Shown here one piece after another: positions 27,565-39,734 of a stretch of DNA of 64,000 nt; within the stretch, counting starts at the first letter, position 1; every line of letters begins with the position of its first letter. The translations under genes were made by a program, and so were the position numbers. Under the pieces are notes generated by a model. The model saw nothing but the letters and a program-made list of their open reading frames with translations, was not told where the DNA came from and made no database searches. This stretch comes from Dictyostelium discoideum (lineage: Eukaryota): the NCBI GenBank assembly GCA_000004695.1, contig CM000153.2, forward strand, positions 800,001 to 864,000, read 5' to 3'.

Positions 27565-29532
27565 ATGTCAGACCAAGAGTATTATAAAGATGTGAGTTTT
27601 ATTATTTATTATTTATTTATTTTTTTTTTTATTTTTGTTTTAAAAAACTAAAATTTTTTTATTTTTTCTTATTTTTTATTTTTTATTTTTTATTTTTTTA
27701 AATATATATAGTTTAGTAATAAAATTATTAAAGAAAGAAAAAAGAATATTGAAAATGATGAATCAAAAGTGATTTATTTTACATTAGCAGGTAGTCATTC
27801 ATTTAATTTAAATGTTGAAAGTAGTGATAAGGATTATTTTGGTGTTTATTGTTCAGATATTGATGATATATTAGTTGGTGATATTAAACAACCAATTATT
27901 GATAGTCATGAACCAGATGATTATATTTTATTTGAAGTTGAAAGATTTTGTGAACTTTTATATAAAGGTAATCCAAAATTGATAGAACCAATGTTTACCA
28001 CAAGATTTTGTTACAAATCACCAATTTGGGAACAACTTTTCTTAAATAGAAAAGAATTAATTAGTCAATCTGCAATTCAACATTATTTAAGTTATAGTAA
28101 ATCTCAAATGGGTGATGCATCAAAATTAATCTTTAAAAACGGCTCACCAATTTCAATTGAATGTGGTGGGTCAGAACAAGAGGAAGAAGATAAAAAGAAA
28201 TTACTATTATCAATGATTAATAGTAATCATAGTTATTGTAAAAAGTTATATCATACCTATAGATTGCTATTGGACACTAAAAGAATGTTGGAATTGGGTG
28301 AACCAATGGTATATTTACAAGGTGAAGAAAGGGAGAAAATTATGAAAATTCGTATGGGTGAAGAGGATTTAACTGCAACTTTAGCAGAGATTCAACAATT
28401 ATTCAATCAATGTTATACAAGATTTCAAGAGGTTAAAGAAAAGAAATTAATTCAAGAGAATTTAAATATTAAAGTTTTAAATGACTGGTTAATTAAAGTT
28501 AGAAAACAATCTTATCTCCAAAAGGAGGCATCGTCACTTGGTATAACAAGTGGAAAATATACAGATGCTGATTTTGAAATCAGCGATATTAAATCATATA
28601 ATCTTTTGAAAGTTTATAACCATTTTCAATCACTATTAACAAAACATAAATTGGAGGGTGCTAGAATTTTAATGATAAAAAGATCAGGTTCAGTATCTCA
28701 TAATCTTAAACATGAGAATGAGGAATCCTTCGACGAAGAAAATGGCGTTGAGAAAAAGGAGGATTGGATCGGTGTATATGTAGCACCAACTGAGTCAATA
28801 TTTTCATTATATCCACCACCAAGACGTATAGATTCCACAACAGTGCTTTGCACAAGTTCAAAAATTGAAGAACCCGAGGACAACACAAATCAAAGGGACA
28901 CTTATTTAAGTGGTATTCAATTATTTGAATTGGGTTATTTCATTCAATTGTTATCATCTGGTAATCATCGTGTTGTTGAATGTTTTTATGATAAGAATTC
29001 CGCTAGTGATTTGGTTGAAACTAAAATTTGGAAAGATATTAAAAACCTGGAAGTAAATTCAAACTTTTTATCAATCAATTTAATTCATCATTGTTGGGGT
29101 GTTTCTAAAGGGTTGGTTGAAAAACTTCAAAGATCTCCTTCATTCTCACCTTCAACTCCATTATCTCCAAATACTTCAAATGTAATTCCACTCTCTGAAA
29201 AACGTAAATCGCTTTATCATGCTCAAAGATTAATCAATAGAGCAGAGGAGATTTTAGATAAAAAAAATTTCACTGTCTATCTTGATGAAGATGATGATTC
29301 AACTGAAAGAAATCTACTCTTAAGAATTAAAAACTCTTCAGATTTCAATTCTGATCAATTAGTATCTCTCACAACAAGTTGTCTCAATCAAATTAAATCT
29401 GTAAATGATAAAATTCAAAAACTTTCAAATATTTCTTCTGCTGATAAAAAATTAAATGAATTATCAATTAAACAATCTTTAAAAACAATTTTAATTAAAA
29501 TTAGAAAATCAATGATTAAAATCATTGTATAA
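27565..29532 (+). CDS. Nucleotidyltransferase-fold (Pol-beta superfamily minimal NTase motif) protein of unknown function, 2 exons, ~615 aa
   Basis: Exon 1 is 27565-27591 (MSDQEYYKD, donor GTGAGT). Exon 2 is 27712-29532 (FSNKIIKERKKNIENDESKVIYFTLAGSHSFNLNVESSDKDYFGVY...). It shows the hG[GS]-x10-DhD pattern of Pol-beta-like nucleotidyltransferases. The rest has no recognisable domain. Confidence 0.5.
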
Positions 29533-29555
29533 ATAAATAAAAAAATTAATTAATT

Positions 29556-29591
<36 letters not shown>

Positions 29592-29855
29592 TGGTTTGGT
29601 TTGGGTATTGCCCAATAGTTTTTTTTTTTTTTTTTTGTAATAATTATTTTTTTAAAATAAAATCAGCCACCCAGTTTTTTTCTTTGAAAACTTTTATTTT
29701 TTTTTATTTTTTTTATTTTTTTATTTTTTTTTATTTTTTTTCCAAAACAAATTTTTTTTATTATAAAAAAAAAAAATCAAAAAATCAAAATATCTAATAA
29801 ATAAATAATAAATAAATAATAAATAATAAATTAATAAATAAATAAATAAATTAAA

Positions 29856-30494
29856 ATGGCAAGCAAAGTTGACTATCAATCTGGTAAAAAACATGGCCTT
29901 CAATTAAAAAATCAAGAAAGTGAATTAGATTCAATAGCTGCAGAATTTGCTGGTGTATGTTTTTTTTTTTTTTTTTTTTTTTTTATACACTTTTTTATTT
30001 TTTTATTTAATTTTTTTATTTATTTAATTTTTTTATTTATTTAATTATTTATTTTATAAATTTACTAATAAAATATAATATTGATAATAATTAGGAATTA
30101 GATGAAGCAACTCTTTCAAAATATAAAACTCAATTCATGAGTTATGATATTAATAACTCTGGTGATATTGATCATTATGAACTCCAACTTTTAATGGAAA
30201 AAATTAATCAACCAAAGACTTATTTGGAATTAAAAAAAATGATTGAACAAGTTGATTCAACTGGTATGATATGTTATTAAAAAATTCAATTAGTTTTATA
30301 TATTAATATTTTTATTAATTATTAACTCATTATTTTAATTAAATTAAAGGTAAGGGAGCAATTAACTTTAGAGATTTCATTAAAATGATGACAGGAAAGA
30401 CATCTTCAATTTTACAAAAAATTTTAATGTTTGAAGAAATGGGAAAGAAATCTGAACAACCAAAAGGAATTCCACAAAAAAGATCAATTAGCGA
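29856..30494 (+). CDS. Allograft inflammatory factor 1 (AIF-1/Iba1)-like EF-hand protein, 3 exons, ~140 aa
   Basis: Exons are 29856-29954 (MASKVDYQSGKKHGLQLKNQESELDSIAAEFAG, donor GTATGT), 30095-30263 (ELDEATLSKYKTQFMSYDINNSGDIDHYELQLLMEKINQPKTYLELKKMIEQVDSTG) and 30340-30494 (KGAINFRDFIKMMTGKTSSILQKILMFEEMGKKSEQPKGIPQKRSISDLP*). The whole length parallels human AIF1. Confidence 0.75.
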
Positions 30495-30930
30495 TTTACC
30501 ATAATTCTAATTATCCAAAGTAAAAAAAAAAAAATAAAAATAAAAAAAAAACTATTTATTAATAAAATAATCTATGTAAAAAGATACATTCTTTTTTTTT
30601 TTTAAAATTTTATTTATTTATTTTTTAAACAAATGGTTTCGGTCGAAAAAAAATAAATCAAAGATTTAAATTTATATTTGAAATCATTAAAATTATAAAT
30701 TAAACAAATTTGTGTAATGCATCCAAAAAAAGTTAATAATAACAATTGAATAAACACAATCAAAACTATAAAAAATGAAAAATCATAAACTTTTTTCTTT
30801 TTTTTTTTATAATACAATAACTTCGTTTATTTTTTTTTACCTATTAGGAAATAGGAAAAGACATTTAATAATTAATTTGGACAAAGTTTAAGTGTTTGAA
30901 TAATAAATTTGGGTTTTATGGTCAATAGAT

Positions 30931-31128
30931 TTAATTAAATCTTCGAATGGGATACCCTGAATTAAATTTTCTTAGCCAATTTTGTTTTTTGCAATTGTTT
31001 GAGCATCTGGTAGTGCACACACATGTGCAAGTACAATTACTATTGCAGGTTTGTGTACCGTATTGAGTAATTTCTGGTTTTCTAACAAAGAAAGATAAAA
31101 CTTCGAGTTCTAATTGTGCTTCTGACAT
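30931..31128 (-). CDS. Hypothetical small Cys-rich protein (65 aa)
   Basis: AAAATG context. [11 protein letters not shown]...[22 protein letters not shown]. No homolog recognised and it could be spurious. Confidence 0.25.
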
Positions 31129-31439
31129 TTTCGTTGATATAAAAAATAGTTTATTGATATTTAAAAAAAAAATTGGTCAAAAATTAAAAAAATAATTATT
31201 TAATAAAAATATAAAAAATGAAAAACAATTAAAAGTTTAAAAAAAAACAGTATAAATAAGTTAAAAAAAAAAAAAAAAAAAAAAATATATTATTAATAAC
31301 TATATCGTTGGCAATTGACCCTTTTTTTTTATTTTTTTTTAATAATTTTTATACTGTTATAAAAATTAACTGTATCCTATTTCTATGGGTTTAAAAAAAT
31401 TTATTCCAAAATACTCTTATAGAGCATTATAATTAAATT

Positions 31440-33120
31440 ATTAGATTTGGTGAAAGATTAAATAATATAGTCTTTAGTTCAAAAATACACCAGATTCTTT
31501 AATATTTGCTGAAATAATTTCAAATTGCGCCAATACTCTTGATGAATTTGTTTTTCCTGTTGTGTGTAGTAATTTAAATTCAATTGCAAAAGAAAATATG
31601 AAAAGCCCATCTTTTGAAGTTTACAAATCTTTATTTATGGAAAATGATTCAACAACTAAATTTGTAAATCAATTCTTTTTAACTTACCCACAAATTGGAC
31701 ATTCAATGAGAAGCTTTTTAGATAATAATATCAATAATATTGAAAATTGTTTATCTAGATTACAATCAGATTGGGATAGTATTAAAAAGTGGTTTGCTAC
31801 CCAATTGTAACCCACTTTCTATCCAGAGGATATCAAGCTAACCAGGAGAAACAATTGTTAATGTTGGATGTACATCATTTTATTCAACTTATTTAGTTTC
31901 AAATTCCAATCTCAAATTTGAAAATGAATCAATTCAAAATTATACAGATATAATTTATTCCTATGGGTGTATTGATACACTAATTTCTTCACCACCAACA
32001 GATGCGGAAGTGGAAAAAATAGAAGATTGTATTCAAAAGGGTGTTTGCACCGATGTAGATGCTGATCCATCCTCGTTTATAGAATGTGCAATATCTATTA
32101 GTATTGAAATTTTATCAACAATTGAATAAACATTACAAGGAAGTGGATTAATTACACATGGTAGTTTTTATTTGGGTTTATCTGGTGTTTTAGTTTTTCT
32201 TTCTGGAATTTAGGCACATTCCAATTCTATTTCAATGTTTAAACTTTGTGATAGAATAGTGAATTCTATATTAGTTAATAGGCCAAAGTTTACACCGTGT
32301 GGTGGTGCATTTGATGGATTATCATCTGATATTTATGCAATTTGTTTCTCAGGTATAATAACAAAAAACCATTAATGGATAAATAAAGAAATTTCATTAG
32401 TTTCAAATGAAATTTCAAAGGATTTAATTTTACAAAGTAAAGTTTTGGATATTGTAGGTGGGGTCACAGGTTGTCTATTAACAATATATGTTGTAAGATA
32501 TAAAGTACCTCAAGAGCTAATTAACCTAGAAACTGCAGACCTTTTAGATTCATTAATAGATTTATCTGTAACAAAATTATTAAATTCTATAGAACTAGTA
32601 AAGGAAATGAATACAGGCATATCACATGGTATTTATCACTTTCTTTACCTTATTTCAGAGCTGATTTGAAAAGTTCAGTACAATCATTTATTGAAAAAAT
32701 AGTTATTTTGGAAGATGAACATTTTTGTTCTAAAACTCAAGAATGGAAAGATACAAGGGAAATTAATTGTAACTCAATAGTAATTGTGTATTCATGGTGT
32801 TATGAAAGTCCTGGTATTTAAATTTCAAGAAAATTAATTGGTGATTCTTATAAATATCCAGTTGGATATGATAAAAATAAAATTTATGAAATGGAGCCAA
32901 CAGATCTATCCTTTTGTTGTGATCTTTCAGGTAAAATAGATGTTTTATCTTTATTATTAAATGAAAATAGTGAAATAACATTTAAATATGCTCAATCATT
33001 AGTAAGAAAACTTTAGATAAAAAACAAATAATATTTGAAAATAACAGATATAGTTTTTTTAAAGGTATATCGGGAATTGGTTATGTTTTATTAAGATTAA
33101 GTAATTTAAAAAATATCCAT
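31440..33120 (+). pseudogene. Degenerate LanC-like (lanthionine synthetase C-like) domain gene with multiple in-frame stops and frameshifts
   Basis: LanC motif relics sit in shifting frames: GLSGVLVFLSGI, GISHGIYHFLYL (GxAHG), SWCYESPGI (the WCHGxPG position with His lost), LSFCCDLSGKIDVL (the CHGxAG position with His lost), and C-terminal FFKGISGIGYVLLRL. Stops interrupt the conserved blocks. G+C is higher than in the flanking intergenic DNA. Confidence 0.5.
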
Positions 33121-33346
33121 TACCTCTTTTCTTTTTTTCATAATTTATTGATTTTTAAAAATAAAATAAAAAAAAAAAAAAATTAAAATATTAATTATAC
33201 GTGGTCAGGTTTTGTTTCTAAATTTTTAGATACTAAAATACAAATTGTTTTCTATTAAAATATCTGAACTTTCATAATATTTCATTGGATTTAATGTGTT
33301 AAAAAAAAAAAAAAGAAATTAATTTTTTTTTTTTTTGAATGTTTTA

Positions 33347-36266
33347 TTAAAAAACATATTTATTTAATATTGAGTTAATACTTTGTAATTGAGCTTGTAA
33401 CTCTGATGATATTTTGTTTGTAGTAGTAGTAGTAGTGGAAGGTGAGGATAAATTAGCGGATAAAGGTCTTGATGAAGTTACAGGTCTTCTAGTTGAAGAA
33501 GAAGAAGAAGAAGATGAGGAAGATGGAATAACTGGTTTTGGTTGTTCAGTTGTTATAAATTTAATGGATTCAAGTAATTGAGTAGCTTTTTGAGAGGATT
33601 GCATTTTACCAGGTTGACCACTTGAAGGGTCAGGTTGTTGAATTGTAGAGATGAGTGAATTATCTACCTCTTGAATTAACAAAGGTAGTGATTGAAGTAA
33701 TTGTTCATACAATTCCAATGGTATTGATTGTGGTGGTACATTATAGAGTATAGAGATAATAGTTAACATTGGGGTTGAATAACGTTCAGTATCATATGGT
33801 TTCAATCTATCTCTTTGTTGACTGTTCTTTATATATTCAATGAATTCTGGTGTTGCCAAATCATATTGGTCTTGAAGGTATTGATGAAATTCGTATTCTT
33901 CTGTGACAACATTTAAACAATTTAAAAGGACAATGAAAAATTGATCAAAAATAAACATATCCAATAAGATTGTCATATAAATTCTAATGATTGGCATTGA
34001 TAATATTAATGGTGGTTTATTCTTTGCGGAGAAATCAATTATATCTTCATCAGTTGCATTGGTTCCATCACCAATTGGAGCTGGACTATTTAATAATCTA
34101 AGGAAACCTTTCATAAAATGTAATTGATGAATGATTTGATCAGGGTTTGTTAAATATTCATTTAATTTCATTTCTTCTAAATCACCATTACCATAAATAA
34201 TTTGACCACCAATTGATGATGATAATTCTTTATCTTTAGAATTATTATTATTAGTAGTGGTAGTAGTAGTATTTGATCTACCCATTGAAGGTGATAATGA
34301 TATTGATGTTGTTGTTCCTGCTGCTGCTGTTGTTGTTGAAGATGAGTTACCACCAACTGAACTTGATCTATTATTTTTTAATAATGGTGAAGATGGTACT
34401 TGTAAAACACTATTATTACCACTAACATTTAATGGTGTTTGATTATTATTGTTTGAAGATGAAGATGATAATAAAATATTAGTTGAATCGCCTAAAGAAT
34501 ATTTCTTTTCAAATATACTTGGATGTAATAATAAACGAATGATTGGCATAATTTGAGATAATTTCAATTTAAATAATTCGATGACTTGAATTGCAAATTG
34601 AAAACATCTATTTGTATCATGAGCTAATAATACTTCGACGAGATCAACAATAGTTTCCATTCTAATACTATTTAAATCACCTTTTAATGTTGATAAAACG
34701 TCTCTCTCTATATCTTGAATTTCATCACCTACACCTTTAAAATTTTTAATATGATATTGAATATCCAAATTAACTTTTAATTCTTTAATTTTTGTCATTA
34801 AATTTGTGGATAACTTTGTTTGGAATTTTTCATAAAAAGTTGGTGGAATAAAGTACGCGTATTGTTCAATTTCGGCTAATGTCTCTTTTTTGCAATTCGC
34901 TTTTGGCATTGTTGATTTTAATACATCCGCTAGTGTATCATCTAAATTCTGTTGGAAACAAAGTGATAAAAGTATTTTAGCTTTCTCTAAACTCGTTGCA
35001 CTGCCAGCACGAGAATGTTTATTTGCTTGGGTGATTGCTTTCTCAAAGCCATTGATGAAATCACGATTGTAAATTAACCGTTCAGTGATTCTTTCAGAAC
35101 GTTCTTTCTTGTCGAATTTACTATGAATGATTGGATTCATGAATTTGGATTGAACATTTGCATAATATACTTCACCCGACTGATTAACACCATAACTATT
35201 GTACCCATCATTTTCAAAGAAACCACACGACACAAATGGTGATGTTTCATCCTTTTGAAATAGATTATAATGTGGTTCATTTAAAAGTGACCAAAATTTA
35301 TATTCACCATCAATACCAGAACTAACCAATAGTTCGCTATGAGCTGGACACCAATCGATTTTACTAATACTACTACTATGTGCAAGAAAACTAATTACAG
35401 GCTCTAAAGTTGAACGAAGATCCCAAATTGATATTTCACCACTATCAGTCGCTGATGCGAACCAATAAGGTACAAATGGATGCCATGCAACATCTTTAAT
35501 TGATACACTTGATTGATAAGATGATGAATTTTTACCATTACTACCACTACTACCACTAACACCACCACCACCACCACCACCTATTGCACCACTATTATTA
35601 AACCAAACTGTTGGTGATTTTCTTGTTGTACTATAACTACTTAATAAACGAGTATCAGTTATTTTTATAGAATTCTCAGAACCGCCAATTAAAGAATAAT
35701 TTCTTGAATGTGGTGACCATTGACTACAATAAACTGGTTGATCAGATACTTTGAATGTAATGGTTGGTCTAACTGCATCAGAGAAATCCCAAATATGATA
35801 ATAGTTATTCTCTAATGATGAAAATTGGTGAGTTGAAAGTTGATTGATTGCAACTGCTTTTATTGAGGTATTGAAACCCATCGAACCAATGGTTTGAGAA
35901 ACACTCTCTTTAAATCCTTTTAATTTCGTATGTACAAATGTCTCTCTCAATTCTGGATCATCCGTAGTGGTTGGATCGTTTTGATAATAATAAATATGAC
36001 CATCATTTGAACCTGCCACCATTGAATCATTCCACCATGATAATGATTTTATTGTTGATTCTTGTATAAACTCTTTAACTACTTTTACTGCTGGTTTACC
36101 ACCAATATTCTTTTCATTTGCATTTGCATCATTATTTGATTCTGGTCTTTTAATTGATACAACTCTACAAACATCTCTTTTTGTTGATGTATCTGATATT
36201 ACAATTTGATTTGATATCTATTAAAGTATATATATTAATCCAAAAATAAAAATTAATAAAAAACAA

Positions 36267-36301
<35 letters not shown>

Positions 36302-36465
36302 AAAATAGTTACATTTGAACTTGTAGCAGTTGTAATATTATCAATAGTTCTATCTAATAATCTTTCAAATGTTATATAATTCTTTTTATATCTCTTACCA
36401 GTGACTAATGCTAATTTTCTCCATGATGAACTTGCTTTACCTGGTGCATAAACATCTGTTCCCAT
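33347..36465 (-). CDS. Large WD40-repeat protein with C-terminal alpha-helical region, 2 exons, ~1007 aa
   Basis: Exon 1 is 36313-36465 (MGTDVYAPGKASSSWRKLALVTGKRYKKNYITFERLLDRTIDNITTATSSN, donor GTAACT). Exon 2 is 33347-36217, starting after tttaatag (ISNQIVISDTSTKRDVC...WWNDSMVAGSNDGHIYYYQ...). WD-repeat signatures are present (GSxDGxIxIWD, WH..., DWCPAHSELLVSSGIDGEYKFW). A poly-Gly/Ser insert is also present. Confidence 0.6.
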
Positions 36466-36773
36466 TTAAATTTTATATATATATTTATATTTATTGTATG
36501 TATTTAAAAAAATAAATTTATAAGTTTATCCAATATTTGGATTAGTTATTATATAAAATCTAAACACTCGTGTGTGTGGATTTTTTTTTTTTTGTTTAGA
36601 ATGCTTTTTTTTTTTTTTTAATTTAAAAATTGGATTTGTTTGAAAAAAATAAAAAAAAAAAAAATAAAAAAAAATAAAAAAAATAAAAAAAAAAAAAAAA
36701 TAAAAGTAAAAAAAAAAAATTTCTTTTAATTTTTCAAATAGTACGCATAAAAAAAAAAAAACAAATATATAAA

Positions 36774-37473
36774 ATGGATAAACAATTAGCAGATACTTTC
36801 ACTCAACTGTATGTGTATTTAAACATATACATATATAAATAACCATTACTTAAATTTATAATATAAAACTAATTTTTTGACTTGTTGAAAAAAACAAAAA
36901 AATTTATAATTGGACTATAGTTCCCAACAAAATGGTGTTGTTGGATATTGTTGTGTAGATGAAAGTGGACTTTGTTTAAAGGGTATATATATTATATATA
37001 TAAATCATAATATTAATTTAGGATAATAAAAATTATAACAATTACAATTGCATCAAATAACAAAGATATTTTCACCAGGTGGCATAGAATCTATGTTTAG
37101 AAAAACTAGATACAATTTTATTAATTTGTTTTTTTTTTTTTTTTTATTAAAAATCATACCTATCAATATAATCATTATCTTCAATACATATGTAAATATG
37201 ATATATCATTTTTTTATTTTTAGCACATGGAAATAAACAATCATCAAATGCAGGTTTTTATAAATCACTTTTAGATAAATCAAAGTTTTTAACTCAATCT
37301 GGTGAACCAGCAAATATTGTTATTGAAACAGATACAGCGTATGTAAAAAAAAAAAAAAAAAACAATTATTATTTTTAAAACATAATACTAATTAATAGTT
37401 TCATCCTTTTTATAGAAATATTTTCATTCAACAAAACGATAAAATTACTCTTAGTGTATCAAAACTTCCATAA
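36774..37473 (+). CDS. LAMTOR5/HBXIP-like Ragulator subunit (roadblock fold), 4 short exons, ~96 aa. It is not in the ORF track
   Basis: Exons are 36774-36808 (MDKQLADTFTQL, donor GTATGT), 36921-36982 (SQQNGVVGYCCVDESGLCLK), 37224-37342 (AHGNKQSSNAGFYKSLLDKSKFLTQSGEPANIVIETDTAY, donor GTAAAA) and 37399-37473 (FHPFYRNIFIQQNDKITLSVSKLP*). It parallels human HBXIP: [21 protein letters not shown]...[28 protein letters not shown]. Confidence 0.55.
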
Positions 37474-37523
37474 ATTTATATCTAAACATTTTAAAATAAA
37501 TTAAATAAAAAGAAAAAAAAAAG

Positions 37524-37554
<31 letters not shown>

Positions 37555-37649
37555 AAAGAATAATTTTAAAAATAGGATGGTGTTTGTTTTTTTTTTTTTA
37601 GATAATATATTATTATACCTTTTGTTTTTTATTTTATTTTATTTATTTT

Positions 37650-39734
37650 TTATAATTTATAATATGAACGTTTTGTAACACGACCATCAGAACCACAAGA
37701 GAATAAACCATTATTTTCTAATCTAACTTGCATTACACCATAGGTTGAAACTGGAGATTTGAAAACACCTGTTGGACGAACAAAAGTTTGTTTTTTATGA
37801 GCATCTTCAAAGGTATTGAGACAAGTCATCGATGGTAAGGACCAAATCTTAATGTTACCATCACTACTACCAGAGCAAACAAACTCTTCGAATGGATCCA
37901 ATGCCAATGATTTAGTATTTAAATGATGAGCTTTGAAACTTTCCAATTGTTTATGAGTACGAATATCGTAGAGTGACAATGAACCTTTCTTACCACCAAC
38001 GATGATAGTTTGACGTTTTGGAGAATAAACAATTGAGGATGCGCCATTCTCTTGATCGGTGTAAGAGGCAATCAATGATTTATTAGGTGGCAATAATACA
38101 TCCCATAGACAGATATCACGAGATTTGCTATCACTACTACTGATACCGGCAGTTGCCAATAAACTTCCAGAATTTAAAAATGTGAAATCCAAACATTGCT
38201 TAGAATGAGCTTGAAGTGAATAGAATGGTTTCAAGGTATCTTCTTGAGCTGCGAATTGCCACAACAAGATATTACCCGCCATATCGCATGCACCAAATTT
38301 AGTGCCACTTTGATTGAATTTACATCTAACGATTCTTGGTTTTTGAGGGAGTTGATAGGCAGTCAATACCTCTGGTATACCAAATTGCCATAAACAAACC
38401 GAACCATCGATACCACCCGATAAATAGAATGAAGAGTTTGGATGACTTTCTAAACATTGTACAATTATATTATGATCCATTTGTCTACTTGATCTTAAAC
38501 CACTGAATACCGTACTAATCTTACCTTTGGAGATGTTTAAAGATGAAACTGATTTACCAGTGATACGTGGTCTTTTATTATCTCTACTTGAAGATGGTGA
38601 ACTAATTAAATTCTCTGATGGATCTATATCATGTTCTTCCCTAATTTCACTAACCAATTGTTTATGATCAATCTCTCTAATACCACGAGTGGTTGCAATT
38701 GCCATAACATTTAATTCTGGTGAAGTTGGATCCAAACAAAATGATTGTAATAAATCACTATCCTTATAAATTTCAATCTCTTCTTCAAATTTAATTTTAC
38801 CACTACCACCACCAAATTGAACTTGGCTACCAACTTTTTTCAATGGCATTGGTTCATTATTTTTATTTACCTTACTATTATTATTATTGTTATTACCACC
38901 ATTAATATCTACTGGTAAAGTAATTTCAATACCAAGTATAATATGATCTAATAATTCTTTTTGATTTGTAATTAAAATTTTCCAAATTTGATATTGATCA
39001 GTTGAATTAAATTCTTTATAAGATTTTAAAAGTTCTAAAAAGTTTTCAATTGTTGTTTTAGTTGTATTATTGGTGAATTGATCTAAAATCTTTTGTGGAA
39101 CATGTAAAAGTTTTGATTGTGATGAACCAATCCAAAGTGATAAACGTTGATTCACTGAATCGAATACTTGATGGTATGGCAATGCCTTTACTAATTGATC
39201 GAAGCATTGTTTAAAATATTTCAATGAAAGGAAATCAAAGAATCTTTTTAAGAATTTATATATTAATTTCTTTTCATCATTAATTCTCTTTAATTCTTCT
39301 TTATCTAATATTTCATTTGGATCGTCATCTTCATCATCCATATCAAAATCATCATCATCATCATTATTATTATCACCAGCACCAATTAATTCATTATTTT
39401 CAGTATCTTTATAAGATCTAATTGGTAATTGTTTAATTTGATCAATGAATTGATTAAATTGTTGGATAGTATTCTTATTTTTGAATAATACTAATAACAC
39501 ATCGAAACGTTGTGAACCATAACCTAATAAAAATAACATCATATAAACTGTTGATAAAATCAATGAATGACTATGATAACGTTTATCAATAGACATAATT
39601 GATTGATAAATCTCTAATGAAACTGTTAATAATGGTTGTGATGCTGATGAATTCATTAACATTAAAATATTATCATCATCAAATCTTAATAATGATTTAA
39701 TTATTGAAATTGAAATTAATTCTAATATATCCAT
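37650..39734 (-). CDS. C-terminal WD40 region (694 aa) that probably belongs to the DmX-like/rabconnectin-3/Rav1 gene directly upstream on the same strand. Otherwise it is a separate WD40 gene
   Basis: C-terminal WD repeats: ...GSSDGNIKIWSLPSMTCLNTFEDAHKKQ...GVMQVRLENNGLFSCGSDGRVT. The 400 bp between this ORF and the upstream 1266-aa ORF is coding-like in three shifting frames with no intron signals. Confidence 0.55.
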   Translation of the reverse strand: MDILELISISIIKSLLRFDDDNILMLMNSSASQPLLTVSLEIYQSIMSIDKRYHSHSLILSTVYMMLFLLGYGSQRFDVLLVLFKNKNTIQQFNQFIDQIKQLPIRSYKDTENNELIGAGDNNNDDDDDFDMDDEDDDPNEILDKEELKRINDEKKLIYKFLKRFFDFLSLKYFKQCFDQLVKALPYHQVFDSVNQRLSLWIGSSQSKLLHVPQKILDQFTNNTTKTTIENFLELLKSYKEFNSTDQYQIWKILITNQKELLDHIILGIEITLPVDINGGNNNNNNSKVNKNNEPMPLKKVGSQVQFGGGSGKIKFEEEIEIYKDSDLLQSFCLDPTSPELNVMAIATTRGIREIDHKQLVSEIREEHDIDPSENLISSPSSSRDNKRPRITGKSVSSLNISKGKISTVFSGLRSSRQMDHNIIVQCLESHPNSSFYLSGGIDGSVCLWQFGIPEVLTAYQLPQKPRIVRCKFNQSGTKFGACDMAGNILLWQFAAQEDTLKPFYSLQAHSKQCLDFTFLNSGSLLATAGISSSDSKSRDICLWDVLLPPNKSLIASYTDQENGASSIVYSPKRQTIIVGGKKGSLSLYDIRTHKQLESFKAHHLNTKSLALDPFEEFVCSGSSDGNIKIWSLPSMTCLNTFEDAHKKQTFVRPTGVFKSPVSTYGVMQVRLENNGLFSCGSDGRVTKRSYYKL

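Noticed and set aside
27565-29532. Idea that the NTase-fold gene and the patatin genes form a CBASS-like module
   Set aside because: They are 7 kb apart, separated by calreticulin, CSN1 and a structural-protein gene, and are oppositely oriented. Eukaryotic genes are not operonic. I keep it only as a low-probability hypothesis in the findings, not as a call.
32763-32981. 72-aa minus-strand ORF inside the LanC-like relic
   Set aside because: It is antisense to the recognisable LanC motifs, with no features of its own.
37048-37236. 62-aa ORF on + strand
   Set aside because: It lies entirely inside intron 2 of the LAMTOR5-like gene, and its product is low-complexity (poly-F/I).
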